From NCBI GenBank assembly GCA_050575255.1, contig JBNZDD010013598.1:518870-582869 (forward strand): a stretch of 64,000 nt of DNA. Reading direction: 5' to 3'. The DNA comes from Harriotta raleighana (lineage: Eukaryota). A program made the position numbers and the translations under genes. The notes beneath the pieces were generated by a model. That model was not told the DNA's origin and searched no databases. It was given only the letters and a program-made list of their open reading frames with translations. Of the stretch, positions 1-13,134 are shown in pieces (the first letter of the stretch is position 1; each line of letters starts with the position of its first letter).

Positions 1-1873
1 ATGAACCATGGGTGAAAACAATTTTAATTGCAAGCGTCAATTCAGCCCCCTCAGCTACTACAGAGGTGTCAATGACTGGGAAAATATTACAAGTGACACT
101 TAAGTGTAGCGGGAGTGAGTGACACAGATTGCAAACCCATTCAAACATATGGAGTGGTGTTAATTTTCCGAGAACGGCGCAGCTGTGAATAGACTGGAGT
201 CCTGATCCAAGCCGAGTCATTCTCGTTCCAAACTGAGTGGCACTCGATAGGTCTATGCAGAGTGGCTTCAGTAACTGATGTTGGCCAACTCCCTGACGCA
301 ATGAGCGCTCAGACAAAGGAATGTGTTTTAATGATTTGATCGCTAATCGTTCTCAATGCTGGCACACACACTCTTGACAGCTTTTGTATCAACCTCGCAC
401 ACGCCGTGAGACGTTGTTGCTGAGATTAGTTTTATTGTTGGAAGCAAAACTTTGAAAATGACTGGGTGGGAGGCAAACTGAAAAGCGACATGACTCGCCT
501 TTGGTTGGCCATTGTTCCACTCAAATGAAAGCTCCATCGCAAACGTCACAGCGTATTACTAGAAGACATTTTCCCCCCTCAATGTTGAGTTTTCCAATAC
601 ATATTGGGCGACAGAACTAGCATCTTAATACACCTTGTTTTAATCCTCGAATCCAAACGTAAGCCTTGCTCATTTTGTACGTTTTTAAAACCTCATGCAC
701 TTTGGATTTTGGAACTGATAAAATTAGGCAAAATATCAGAAGCTTGATGCCCGTTGTACGAAAGCTAAAACTACAGATTTTTTCCTCCATTAGAAATACA
801 TTCAATTCGGCTTTCCTTCTCCTCCTCCCTCTCTTTTGTGCGAACCTGCACAAGGCAACTGATCAACAGTTACAGAGGGTTAGAGAGAAACATGTGATGC
901 TCAGTCCTTGTAGTTTATCTGGCACTGAGGGTGAAAGCATCCTCAGCACCCACTCTAGTAAAATCGAACATATAAATAATATATATATACTGTAGATATA
1001 AAAATATAAAAAGAGAGTTGGCTTCGTGCAAGTCAACTGTAGCTAAGGTAATCCAATAATAAAGAAAATACTTTAGAGACAATCCAGAGAGCAGCGCCAA
1101 GCACTGAAACTATTATTCGTTCATTTAAAAGTAAATCCAAATCCTACTCATTAACTCTGAAGTGGAAAGTCCAAATCGAGCCCTTACATTTATAGTGTTG
1201 CCTAGATCAGCATCTCAGTAGCCATATCTTAGCAGGATTACTCCCAAACACTTCAATTAAAATGAGAACGGTCTGAAGATGTAATTCATGACAACCTTGC
1301 GTGTCAGCTTGATTTGTGTGATCTCCACTGAGGTTCAATAAACTCTTTTGCATCAAATTCTTTGAGTGAAAGATCGAACAGCTTTGAAGCCGGCAGAATT
1401 TTTTTTAACCCCCACCCAACGTCTCAGTCAAAAGATTGTTTTATTACTCCAGACAAAGGCAGGTTAACTAATAATAATAATAATCCTTGCGTTTGATATA
1501 ATGCCTTATCACATCTTCGAGGTGTTTCAAAGACCTTTACAGAATAACAACAACAAAATTACATTTGTAGAGCAACCTTTCAGAAAATAAACTGTAAAGC
1601 AACTGTATATTTTCTGTGAACCAAACAGGCTGACCCACCGTACCTCCTGTGCGATGTCTGCGCTTGACAGTGCTTTGTGTCGGTTTAATGTCACAAGGCG
1701 CGATATAAATGGAAGATTTCTTCCACTAATTCTCTCAGCACAGGTAACAGCCACAAAACGGTTGCCAAGAAGATGTTCACAAGCAGCAACTGCTATCGGG
1801 TGTAACTTCTAAATTCTAAGCTCTCGTTGGAATAAGGTCTTCACAGCTCCTTCTATTGTTGTTGTTACTTTAC

Positions 1874-1998
1874 CTGTGGCGGACAACAGGAGTGAGGAAT
1901 CCTGTCCGTTGAGGTATTCCAAAGCCGTGATCCTCGTATACCGGGGATTTCCATTGTGGAAATAATCAAGCTTTTCTCCTTTCTCCCAATTCCAGAAG
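1874..1998 (-). CDS. RPTOR: RPTOR exon (~exon 27), 125 nt
   Basis: catag|...ACAG|gtaaag; encodes FWNWEKGEKLDYFHNGNPRYTRITALEYLNGQDSSLLLSAT. Confidence 0.96.
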
Positions 1999-2034
1999 CT
2001 ATGAAGAGAAACACAAGATTAAAATAGTGATACC

Positions 2035-2342
2035 AATAATCCTTGCATTTGATATAGCGCCTTTTCATGTCTTCGAGACATCTCCATAGGCTTCACAATT
2101 GAATCGACTGTACATTTTGCACCCAGTAGTGTCCCACAAACAGTTGTGGATTGAGTGTCCAATTTTTTTTTAAGATAGGAATTATTATCCCCATCGATCG
2201 ATTAACAACTGGGTTCCTACTTACCGCTTATGGAAGCGTGCGGAGTAAGAAAACTCGCCCAACAAAACAGAACCTGGCAGGAATCGAACCCAGATCACTC
2301 GCTTGCGAGGTGAGTGCTCTAACCACTGAGCTACAGGTCTCC
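2035..2342 (-). mobile_element. tRNA-headed SINE with L2-like tail
   Basis: Head ggagacctgtagctcagtggttagagc...gggttcgattcc (A/B boxes); tail gcgctatatcaaatgcaaggattatt. Confidence 0.85.
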
Positions 2343-2405
2343 GTGAAGACTTAGTTCCAATAACATCTGCATTCAAAACATCCGGCTGGTGGTCTGAGCT
2401 CTTAC

Positions 2406-2520
2406 CATATGCTGTCCTTGTCAGCCACCGCGATGCAAGGGGTGAAAGGATGAAACTTAACCACGGACGGCACGCCTGGGTTTCGGTTGATGAAGATTTG
2501 GTCATCCAATCTCATGATGC
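2406..2520 (-). CDS. RPTOR: RPTOR exon (~exon 26), 115 nt, start of the WD40 domain
   Basis: ttcccag|...|gtaag; encodes IMRLDDQIFINRNPGVPSVVKFHPFTPCIAVADKDSIC. Confidence 0.96.
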
Positions 2521-2530
2521 CTGGGAAGAA

Positions 2531-2720
2531 AATAATAATAATCCTTGCATTTGATATAGCGCTTTTCACATCTTATCGACGTCTCAAAGCGCTTCACAGA
2601 ATGTAACATAAAGCGAATTGACTGTATATTTGTGGGCGAAAGGCGGCAGCCAATTGCGTAGCAGCATCCCACAAACAGTCGTGGATTGAAATGACCAATT
2701 TTATAAAAAATTGATAGGAA
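2531..2720 (-). mobile_element. SINE, 3' half
   Basis: Same body and tail with (TTA)n end, 10 nt from the exon acceptor at 2520. Confidence 0.85.
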
Positions 2721-4683
2721 TTCGATAGGAAACGGATACTATGGACAATGTCATGGTACTGTGATTAGCATTGCTAACCATGCAGCAAAAGCCACACTCT
2801 TCTGGGAACCATTTGTAACCGAGGGCTCAGTATTGCCTCTTTTCAGTTCAGCTTTAGAATGGCATCAGTACAAAATTCTGTTTAATATGTAACCTGAGAG
2901 TAAGGGGGATTCAAAATGTAATGTGTCACATTAAATACAGTAGATCTTTTTTGGTGGCGTTTGCCACCACCGGTACCAGAGTGACCTGCCAATCCGTCAT
3001 CACTCTGCCTAATAATTACATCAATATCCATTGCGTTAGATACAGTGCTTTATTATGTCGTTGAGACGTATCAAAGATAACAAAGCAGCCAAGCTCAAAA
3101 GCGAGTTGCAAAGCTTTTGAAAAGTGGAGCCCAATGGAAATAGCGTAGAACAGGGGTAGCAGAAAAAATCCAACAATAGTCCCGTCCAGATATCATAAGA
3201 GATTTTACGATGGGCAGGAATAGGAGTAAATTTTGCAATAATAGCAGGAGTAATTGGGATTCGCCCAGTTCAAGACGTATGTAAACGTTGTAAGAAAAGT
3301 AAAGGACTCGCAAAACTCGGGAGTGAACATGATCCGTCTTAATTCAATCGGGTACATTGTCCGCCTAAGGCGCACGTAACCCAGACCCAGAGATGAAATA
3401 TAGCATGCGCCATTTCACGATCCTGTACATTGTGAGGATTGAGCCCATGCCTTTCCAAATGTATTAAGAGCATTATGTAAGATCATCATCTGGGATGAAA
3501 ATCTGAAAAGAGCTGGTTTTCAACAGACCTGCACTTTTCACTTGTGTCAGCTGATCCCCCACGGAGTTTTAAAAGCACAAATCTTCCAGCAGCGTAATGA
3601 AGTACATATATCACTATGCACAGCTTATAAATACAATAGAATCCAGCCCATGAGATCCATATGTCACCAATTGGACAGTTGGTAAAAGATTGGCTTATGA
3701 CTTATTCAACGCCACTCGCTGGCAATCTTATTACAGTAGATGGGAGTCTGGTCACAATCAACTCACTTCCCTTCTGCCCCCACTATACTCCGAAAAAATC
3801 TTACGATATCAGGACGGATAATGTTTAAACAAACAAAAACAAATCTTTTAACATGACGCCAACCCTACCAGTGTGGCTAAGGCCATACAAAGCCTCCATT
3901 GGTCAACCATCAGGACTTCACAGCTAATAACATGAGGGAAAAACCCACCCAAGACATCAGGCGATAATAGTTTGTATCATGATAACACACCTGGAAGTCC
4001 GGTGTCATGGGAAGCCCAAGTCAGAGAATTTGCTTCCAACCAGACTTGAGGCCAATATGAATTGGAACAATAAGAGGCAGGGAATATAGGGAACAAACTG
4101 AGAATTGGTAAATGTCGGATCATCGGGGATGGGTTGAGATTTGAGTGAATCTGTTTTGTGAACTGTACTGAAGATCTTTTACTTGACTCAATTCTCTTAA
4201 GAGTCTTGCCCTCCCCTCCCCTCAACTCCTCACTGGGAGATCTGCTCCTCTGAATTCAGATCTGTCACTCCATTCCACTGTTGATAGCAGAGCCAAGGGT
4301 TCGTTTGGGTGTTAAAAAACAGTCAGTAATCCCAGTGCTCTCATCCCCTCCTTTTTATGTTTGCAAATTCATTAGCTTCCGATTTCCCAGGTAGGACACG
4401 CATTATTATCTCTGTGGGTGGCTGAGATAGACACGCGCGCAGACACACACCTGCTCATATGCCCTTTCAGATCATCGAGTGGGAAATGCTAACAGCAGTG
4501 TAAACTGATTCAAATTCTCTCTCTGCTCCCCACCATCCTTTGGGACAAGTGCCTGATGAATGCTTTCCGCGCTGAATTAAAAGCAGGAACTCTGCACTGT
4601 AAGAAGGCATATCATTAACTGCAATAAATCTGCAAAGGTTAAAGCTGTCAAGACAACGCCTGACCCACTAACGACCGGCTCAC

Positions 4684-4789
4684 CTTTCTGGATAATCCTT
4701 CGAGCTCGCTTTCTGACCCGCCCGTTGCGCAGGAATCTCCATTCCCGTTCCTTCCGGACCTGGCTCTCGACATCGTGCTCCTCGGGAAT
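4684..4789 (-). CDS. RPTOR: RPTOR exon (~exon 25), 106 nt
   Basis: cgcag|...|gtgag; encodes IPEEHDVESQVRKEREWRFLRNGRVRKRARRIIQKG. Confidence 0.96.
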
Positions 4790-5673
4790 CTGCGGATGAC
4801 GTGAGTTACACAAAGTCGGCGTTAAAACATGATGTCAAAGCACTCTGGCATCAAACTGCATTTCCAACGATTGCCAGCCACTCACGGACAGCAAAAGTTA
4901 CACACTGATTAGTTCCCAAAGATTTCAGTAAATAATTAATAACCCATCAAAGAGTAATGCAGCTCACCAGTTGCATGATCACACCAAAGTCTGTTGGCTC
5001 TCTGGGCATAATTAGTATCTGGGCAGAGACTGGTAATCTTCCATAAACCAACGGTAAAGTAACTGTATTGATTTTCAGAAATGTCTGACCAAAGCTTTAT
5101 TTTTTGTCCAAAATACATTGACAAATCTTCTAATCGAGTTTTACACACATTTCAAATGTGATTTCGACAAAGTAAATAACTGCCACAAAAGGGTGTTGAA
5201 TTGAGGCTTTTTGCTCCCCTTCAACCCCCTCCTCCCCACCCAAACTGTCACGGTTAAGATTCAAGCGAAACTACTGAATATATGCATGTGTGAGAGTAAA
5301 GAGGGATCAACTTCTGCTGTCTACTTCTAAAGTAATCCCCAAGAACTATTAAAGTGCTCATCCACTAATTACAGGGCAAATTAGGTTCTGGCTTCACATT
5401 AACTTGTACGCAGATTGTTCTGTACTTACTGACAAGGCTACACAATACAGAATAGATTTATCCGATTCGATAATAGTCTCTCATTAGTGTTCTGATGGTG
5501 TCATCATTCAACCACAGCACATCAACAAGGCACCACAATATTATAATAATCCTTGCATTCGATATCGCGCCTGATCACATCAAAACATTTCAAGAGCGCT
5601 TCACAGTGTTTCCTGTATAAAGTGTATATTTGTTGGCACACACAACAGCCAATTTACACACAGTAAGGTCCCA

Positions 5674-5992
5674 TGGAGCTCCTGTAGCTCAGTGGTTAAG
5701 AGCACTCGCCTTACAAGCGTGAGAACTGTGTTCGAATCCAGGCAGGGCGGGGCGAAACCTTGGGCAAGTTTCCTTACTCCACACGCCTAAATAATAATCC
5801 CTTAAAAAAAAGCAATAACAAAATTGGTCATTTCAATCCATGACTGTTTATGGGACACTGCTGTGCACAATTGGCTGCTGCATTTCACCCACAAATATAC
5901 AGTTAATTCACTTCATAGTATCTTCTGTGAAGCGCTTTGAGACATCTAGAAGATGTGAAAAGTGCTATATCAAATGCAAGGATTATCATTAT
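5674..5992 (+). mobile_element. Full-length SINE nested in an older antisense copy (5543-5673 plus ~5993-6025)
   Basis: tggagctcctgtagctcagtggttaagagc...gttcgaatcc...atcaaatgcaaggattat. Confidence 0.88.
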
Positions 5993-6164
5993 AACAAGGC
6001 ATGAAGTGAATAACCGATTTTTAAATTTGGGATCCGGATATGGGGAAGCAAAGGAGGACATCACCAGAGATTTTGTATTTTTGAAATTGCAGTGGGATGT
6101 TTCCTCGGTCAAGATCTCATCGCAAGATGTCACCTCCAACAACGCAAGAACATTTTGAAAAGTA

Positions 6165-6315
6165 ACAATAATTTGGTCACTCAATCCACGACTGTTTGTG
6201 GGACACTGCTGTGCACAATAGGCAGCTACGTCTCGCCCACAAAATACAGTCAATTCACTTTACGGTATATTCTAATGAAGTGCTTTCAGACATCAAATGC
6301 AAGGATTATTATTAT
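6165..6315 (+). mobile_element. SINE, 3' half
   Basis: ccacgactgtttgtgggacactgctgtgc...atcaaatgcaaggattattatt. Confidence 0.8.
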
Positions 6316-9044
6316 TAATGCACTGACCGTGTGATTAAGGCTGGGAGAAATTTCAATCCTCCGATGATTGGTAGTGTTATTCATTGCATTTTGTAGTAAG
6401 TGAGACGAGGTGTCAATCACAGAGTTTGAGTTTGTATCAATTTAAAATGAGATGTTTCAGCTTTCAAAATCTTTCGGGAAGGGATAATGAGCCTTTTTTC
6501 CCCCACATATAAAAAGATTATTTTTTTTTAGAAATTGAAATTCACACATCTCTAATTTGGATTGCGTGCTTATAAACGAAGTTGCTAATTATTCAGATAA
6601 GTCTACCATTAAGAGCCTTGTTTGCCTATGAGAAATACAAATAGACTGCGGCTTGGAGCCATAAAAATGGTGACGTCCCACTGCCAGCCTGCCAAAAAGA
6701 TCTAAATTGGAAAGTGAAGATTTTCAAATTATAATCCGTACACAGAGAGCTGTGTGAGAGAGGAGTCAGACTTTGGAATGGAGTCAAAAAAACAACACAA
6801 AGATTCCAAAGGCCTAATATTCCACATCGTCTTAGCCCATTTTACAAGCCCATTTTGTCTGGAGACTCGAGGTTGTGCAGAATCGTGGAAGGTTCTTGAA
6901 GCTGGTCATCATTTGGAAGCCGTTCACTCTTTTTAAGGACCTCGGAAAACTGGCTTCCAAATTAATCTGCGGATTTTTCCGCAAGCCAATCAACGGAGAA
7001 GAAAGTGAGAACGACTGAACCAGTTAGTAAATCCCTGTGGTTTACAGGGTATCTGGTAAACATTTGTTCCTACGCAGAGTGATACAGCACAGAAACATGT
7101 AATTCTCTCCAACCAGTCCATGCCTGCGTTTTAGATTCCACAAATCCCTCTATTCCCTTGTCCCTCATGGTATCCATCAAGCTTTCGCTTAACCCCATTG
7201 ATGTTATTTGCTTGAGCCATGGCTTCTGGTAACGAGATCCACATCCGGGGGAAGGCAGATCTCAACTGTTTTCTACAATTTTGTAACAGAATGACCCATT
7301 TCATTCTGTTACCAATTTATGGCCCCCCCAGACATGAAAGGTGCTACACAAATACAATTTAGCATTGTATTCTCTGCCAGCCAATGTTGTGACGCATTGT
7401 GATAACTAACCTACAGAAGCACAATAATGTGCAGGATACATTGCTCCGTGATTCACTATTCAAAAGAACTCATTTCATGCATTTTGGTGCCAAGGGAACG
7501 AGGGGAAAGTGCATGAACAGACAAGTCAGATATTTCAAATGGGCAATAGTACATTAGAAGCAGTAATTCACCCCTAGGGTTCAAAAATGAGAGTGTCTTT
7601 CAGTCTGCCTCGCCATTTATGACTCTGGTGAACCCTTCAAAGTTGGAGCGATGTCTTTTCTACCCACTCCTACCAGCTGCCAGGATAAGCACAAAATAAA
7701 ATGAAATGATGCAGCTGGCAAGGAAAATTTAAGATTCAGGTTTGTATGGCTGGAAAGAGTTTGCGTGTAGTGAGTGTGCTACATTACTGTCTACTTTCTT
7801 TAAACGCGTGTTGCACTACACACACACACGCACGCACGCACAAACACAAACACACAATTTTCTGCGCCTCATCTGCAAAGATATTCCGACCGACAGAGTC
7901 AGAACCACAAGCATTTTGGATGGCGATTATTTCATAATCCGGATAAGGCCGGTAGTGTTCAAAGACTCAGCTGAACGGGTGACAAATGTAAACCAGAATA
8001 CACCTCAGAAGAGCAACACAGTTGAGACATTGAAACGGGAAGCGGCGGCAGTTTGGTGAATTTGACCACATGATTACCTTGTGCAAAATACACCTTTTAA
8101 TATCCGTAAACCAGGCTGTTTAACAACACAGCCGCACAGCCGCTGTCACTGCAGGCTGGATGGTCTGAAACGATTGGGAGCTACGTTCTAACTTTGCTTC
8201 TGCAGTGCCCAGAGCTGCTTGGGTTCTGTGCTTTAGCATCCCTCTCTTCATGAATATTTTATAACCGGTTACATAAATTTGCAGTTTCGCCTCTGAAAGC
8301 ACTGACTGCTCACATCCCCATTTTCCTGCATGCTCGAAAGATGTGGGTTACTCACTCACTCACCAGCCACGATGATTTACAAATCGGGGGTGTGGGGGGG
8401 CGAGGGGAGGGAAAGGAAAGGAAAACAGCATTTGTGCGTTCTGCCTAGGATCACCCCCCCCCCGCACAGTAACAATACTATTCACATCGTTTCCCTTTTC
8501 AGAGTGGAGACTCCGACGTCTTACAACCGTTCCCCGTTTTAGAACTTCCCTGAACCAATTCTCAAAAGTCTCCATCCACATCTCTGTTATTCAATCTGAT
8601 TCAAAGATGATTTTAATGAGGGGAATTTTCCAAAGCCCTTCAGAAACAAGTTGCGCTCCTGAAACGCTTCCCGTCACCTAAAGCGTATCAGATTAATGGC
8701 TGTGATCCAAAAAAAATCACCTGGAAGGTTTGTCTGCGGAGTTACCGAGGGATACAAAGAAAATAAAACGGGCGAAAAGCAGAGGCTGTGTCGCAGTTTA
8801 GCTTTCAGTAACTCATTGCAGCAACTCGTGTTACTGAGCTACTCCTCCGATTTATAACTCCTCCACCAAGTCAACTTAAAATGTAATAATAAGAAAGGAC
8901 AGAATTTTGGAAAGCAAATTAGATTCTTAAATTCAGTCTTCAAGGTTTACTTTAGACAGTATCTTGGAGTCTTCATCATCTTCGATGACACACATACTAA
9001 ACATTATACATCTATACATAGCAACAATCCTTGCCTTTGTTATA

Positions 9045-9330
9045 GTTTCCTTACTCCACACGCCTAATAATAATTTGTCCCTAAAAAAAACTATAATAAA
9101 AATTGGTCATTTTCAATCTACGACTGTTTGTGGGGGATGTTACTGTGTGCAATTGGCTGCCGCATTTCGCCCACAAATATACCATCAATTCACTCTACAG
9201 TATATTCTGCAAAGCACTTTGAGATATCTAGAAAATGTGAAAAGCACTATATCAAATGCAAGGATCAGCACCTTGGGACGTCACCCCGAAGTGAAAGGCA
9301 CTCTATAAATGTAATTTTGTTGTTGCTGTT
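9045..9330 (+). mobile_element. 5'-truncated SINE joined to an L2 3' tail
   Basis: SINE body to caaatgcaagga, then cagcaccttgggacgtc...tataaatgtaattttgttgttg. Confidence 0.8.
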
Positions 9331-9677
9331 GTCTCAAAGCGCTTTACGGGATTTTCACCATGATGGGTATGGACTATGATAGTGGAAAAGGCGGCTTACT
9401 GCGATTGACCAAGACGAAACACGCCTGCAGCTTTCAACATACAGATTTGGGATTGCGCATCTATTTATGTTGGAATGCACTTAAAACACCGGAAAGGTGG
9501 CGATCAATGCAAAAGTGAAACCTGCCAATTGTGGCCACCTCCTCAAATCCCATTAAGGCAGGAATCAAATACTTGGGACGATCTCAGATGCTAATGGTAA
9601 CATTAAATGACAATAACTTGTCCAAATTAACATCGCGGTGAGGAAAGCCGATCAGCCGAGCGCAGAAACGGACAAGG

Positions 9678-9678
<1 letters not shown>

Positions 9679-9716
<38 letters not shown>
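9679..9716 (+). repeat. (CA)n microsatellite
   Basis: Uninterrupted AC run of about 38 nt. Confidence 0.95.
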
Positions 9717-9722
<6 letters not shown>

Positions 9723-11721
9723 TAGATGATTTGAGGTGTAAATAAAAGCTGCACGATGGCAGGAGACAAAGGGGAGGAAGCAGTTTCTTTAAAGCGCACT
9801 TTTTTGTGCTTTATTCACGGCGTTGTGGTTTCTGCGCAGGAATGGATTCAGCCACACCAAAGAACACACGAAGAGTGCTGAGTTCATCCAGCACCTGTGT
9901 GAGACCAGGCGAGGTGGCATTGCAGTCCGGAGGCAGACAGACGAACGAGGCTGTTCAACATTCCCACGATTAATTTCCTCACTTGCTTTTTTTTTTAAGT
10001 TGACAAACTATTTTTTTAAAAATAAAAAAAACTTTGGGATAATATGGGCATCAGCAACTCAATGACGTTTTCTCACATATGACGAGCAAGTCGAGTAAAG
10101 CAACTATTTTCTCCCAACCTGAAATCACCAGAAATAATGACAACTCTGGTTCTAAAAATATGACCTTCTGTTGGTAAGCTTGATTCAAATAATGAAATGC
10201 TCCAAATGTGCATTAGGTTTTTTAATACAGGGATTGGGAGGGGAGGGGGCGAGAGAGAATAAATGCAATATATTAAGACAAGAAAATTTTAGTCTTTTAG
10301 AATTAAGAATTATTTTATTAATTCTAGTATTATTATCTATTCTGTATACAAACACACACACACACGTATAAACAAGCAGTGAGGGTTCATCACTTTCATT
10401 TACATTTTAGTTGTACTCAGAAGAGAAATCGATAACACCTTTTTATTCTGTGGGAACCACCTCCTTCTCTCTTTAAATAGTTCCGGGAATTTGAAATGTA
10501 ACATTCACCAAGTGGCAGCCAAATAGGAACTTGGATTTAATGGCTGCATGGACCTCTGGAAACTCTTCCCCCAGTTAAAGCACAGCTTTGGTCCAGGTCA
10601 AGAGGTCAAAGCCCAAAAGCAATGGCTGAACCCACAAACTCCAGACTCCAGAGCCAAGCACAACTAACCACCCAAACCAGGCAGCTTTCATCTCAAGCTA
10701 CACACCCAAGGCCACGCAAAAACTATTTCCTAAAGCATCACATTTCATTTCACAGGGAGTGGAGTTGGGGTTGGAGGGGTGCGTTCCAAGCTGTGCTGAA
10801 TTGGCTCATTATAAACAGCACAGTTTCATTATGTGGTAACTTATCACCCGGATAGTATTGCCAGTCGGTCTTATCTTTTCTCTTTCTCCCTCCAACCCAC
10901 TCTCCCTCTTCCAAACACTCTGTGCAGTAACACACAGCTCTTTCTTCCATTAGCAAGCTGCCTGTGAACTCCTAAGGCAATGTGGGCGTTGAAACAGTGT
11001 TACATGATTAGGATCATGACACACCATAGATTTTTACATCTTCTATCTCCCACTCAGCGTGAACCAATTACCAAATCTACGTTACGTTGGGAGAAAAACC
11101 AATAAACCGGTTTTAGTTAAACCTCCCCACACCCCTAAATGCTATAGAGCCACAACTGGCTCAACTAAACTAAACAGCATGGAGTACACCAGCGTTCGAT
11201 TGCTTAAGAGTGAGACAGACACCACAAATAAAGCCAGTTCACTAGTAGGGATGCTGAAAGGTTTTAGTGCAGTGAAGCTTCATTCATCTGCCTTTGTGCT
11301 CAGAGAGCTGTTTCTCTTTCAACTCGCTCCTCCAACTCGCTCCACCTCCACCCCCAATAAAACTTTCTCTTTCACATTCTTCATGTATACAATTGAAGAG
11401 GCTTCTTTTTTTCTCTCTCTCTCTATTGTTAAACGTAACCTTGTGCGCTAAATTTAGAAAGTGCGTTAACATTGATGTGAAAGCTACTGATGTGCTGAAG
11501 GTAGATCCCTGTGCCGGCAGTCACAAGTCTCCATTGAGACATCCTTAAATTTGGGTCACACAATCGACTGCTAGTTAGAAGCTTTTACTCTCAACTTTGC
11601 TGGGGGTGGAAGGAGGTGGAAGAGATTCACATTCCATACTGAAGAAATTTCTCAAATCAGACTGCACATTGGTTCCCAAATAGTCTAGTTAGAAGCTAAA
11701 ACCGCCAGCGATATTTAAATA

Positions 11722-12158
11722 CAGTAAAACCTAATTTATCCGTGACTCGATGAACCGGAAAACCCGTTCAACCGCCATCTCAAAAAAAGTCCTGATTTGA
11801 TGAACCGGAAGTTATCCGGCAAATAGTGATGATGCATTTAATGAAATGACTGTCCCACATGAGTACTTGTGCAGGTATTCGCGGCTGGCCACTAGTCGGG
11901 TCTAAACTCGCTCCTGCTCCTTTTAAAAGTCGCGTTTTTTTTTATCTCCATTGGGTGAGGGCTGCCATTGCAAAGTTAAGTATAAATAATAAAGTACTAA
12001 TACAATATTCTGTTATTATTTAGTCTATTAATAATATAGTATGTGTTAAAATAATTTTTAATTACAAAAAATTTTAATTAAAAAAAACGTTCAACCAGAA
12101 AACCATTTAACTGCCACTGGCCAGGACCTGTGGGTGCTGGATAAACAGGGTTTTACTG
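11722..12158. mobile_element. Tigger/pogo-like (Tc1-mariner superfamily) MITE
   Basis: TIRs CAGTAAAACCTAATTTATCC and GGATAAACAGGGTTTTACTG (17/20 match); TA on the left; no ORF. Confidence 0.75.
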
Positions 12159-13134
12159 TTAATCCATCTCTGAATTCACTGTGCATGGACACCGCAAACG
12201 CAGGCTTATCACAGGAAAGCCGCTCAGCGTATAACAAAACCTTGATGAAATCATTCTTAGATGCTGCATGTCGGTGAGGTTTGGGATTCAACAGTACGAC
12301 CCGCTGGCTACCAGCTCAGCATTTTAACATGTAGAAGTGAGGGTTTTTCTGCAGCATAAGTTGGTTTATTATTACGATCCCCGTTGCTCCCAACTACTTT
12401 ATTTCTCCTGCCAGACAGTATGGTGTGCAGTGCATTGTATGAAATGTGACTGACTATTAAGTTGAGAAGAACATCTGACAATAGTATCACTCGTAGGTAA
12501 TGAAAAATTCACTCGGTATAACCCATTGCTGAGGAGAATATGCTTTACAGTGTAAAGCTACAGTTAACAGGGCACTCACCTACATAACAAGCCTGAATGT
12601 TAAGAGTACATTGAAGTTAAATCCATTATACTGCGCTGTCTCCAAATTACTTAATAAAAAAAAGTAATCATTGTCATATATCCTATTCTCTCAATAGGGC
12701 ACCGAGACAAAATATCATTTTGCAGACCATACAGTGGTGTTAGACCCATACGTTTAATGTACAGAATGTGGGTGCGCATTCAGTGGGCAAAGGAGAGAGT
12801 TATCATCTGATAAAATCCAGTAAGATTTCAGTACCAGTTATTGCAGCGTTCCTCAGTTCAGCCACAAGGAATCTGCAGGGAGCCATTCCTGTGAACGGGC
12901 AAGATTCAGGGATTTTTCACTTTGTTAATCTGGTTCCACTCCTATGCTACTTGGTGAACGTGAGATTAATCAAAAATCAATGGAGCTTTCGCTGTTCTGG
13001 ATCCATTTACACTAAACCTTACAGTGACTAGATGGCGGTAGGGATTTTTTTTTTGTTGGGACATTTATCGTTTCGTTTCAGTTTCTCTTTTGGGCTCCCT
13101 CCAAAAGAAGGTTTCATTTTACCCCTTGTCATTA

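Noticed and set aside
1-1873. Search for the next RPTOR exon (DDGAIRVWKNF...)
   Set aside because: Not found by eye; presumably beyond the left edge of the window.
5674-5745. tRNA-like sequences with A and B boxes (also at 2280-2342, 18210-18277, 37536, 58560-58630, 59443, 61436)
   Set aside because: These are SINE heads attached to the same body and tail, mutually diverged and without a complete cloverleaf; they are not tRNA genes.
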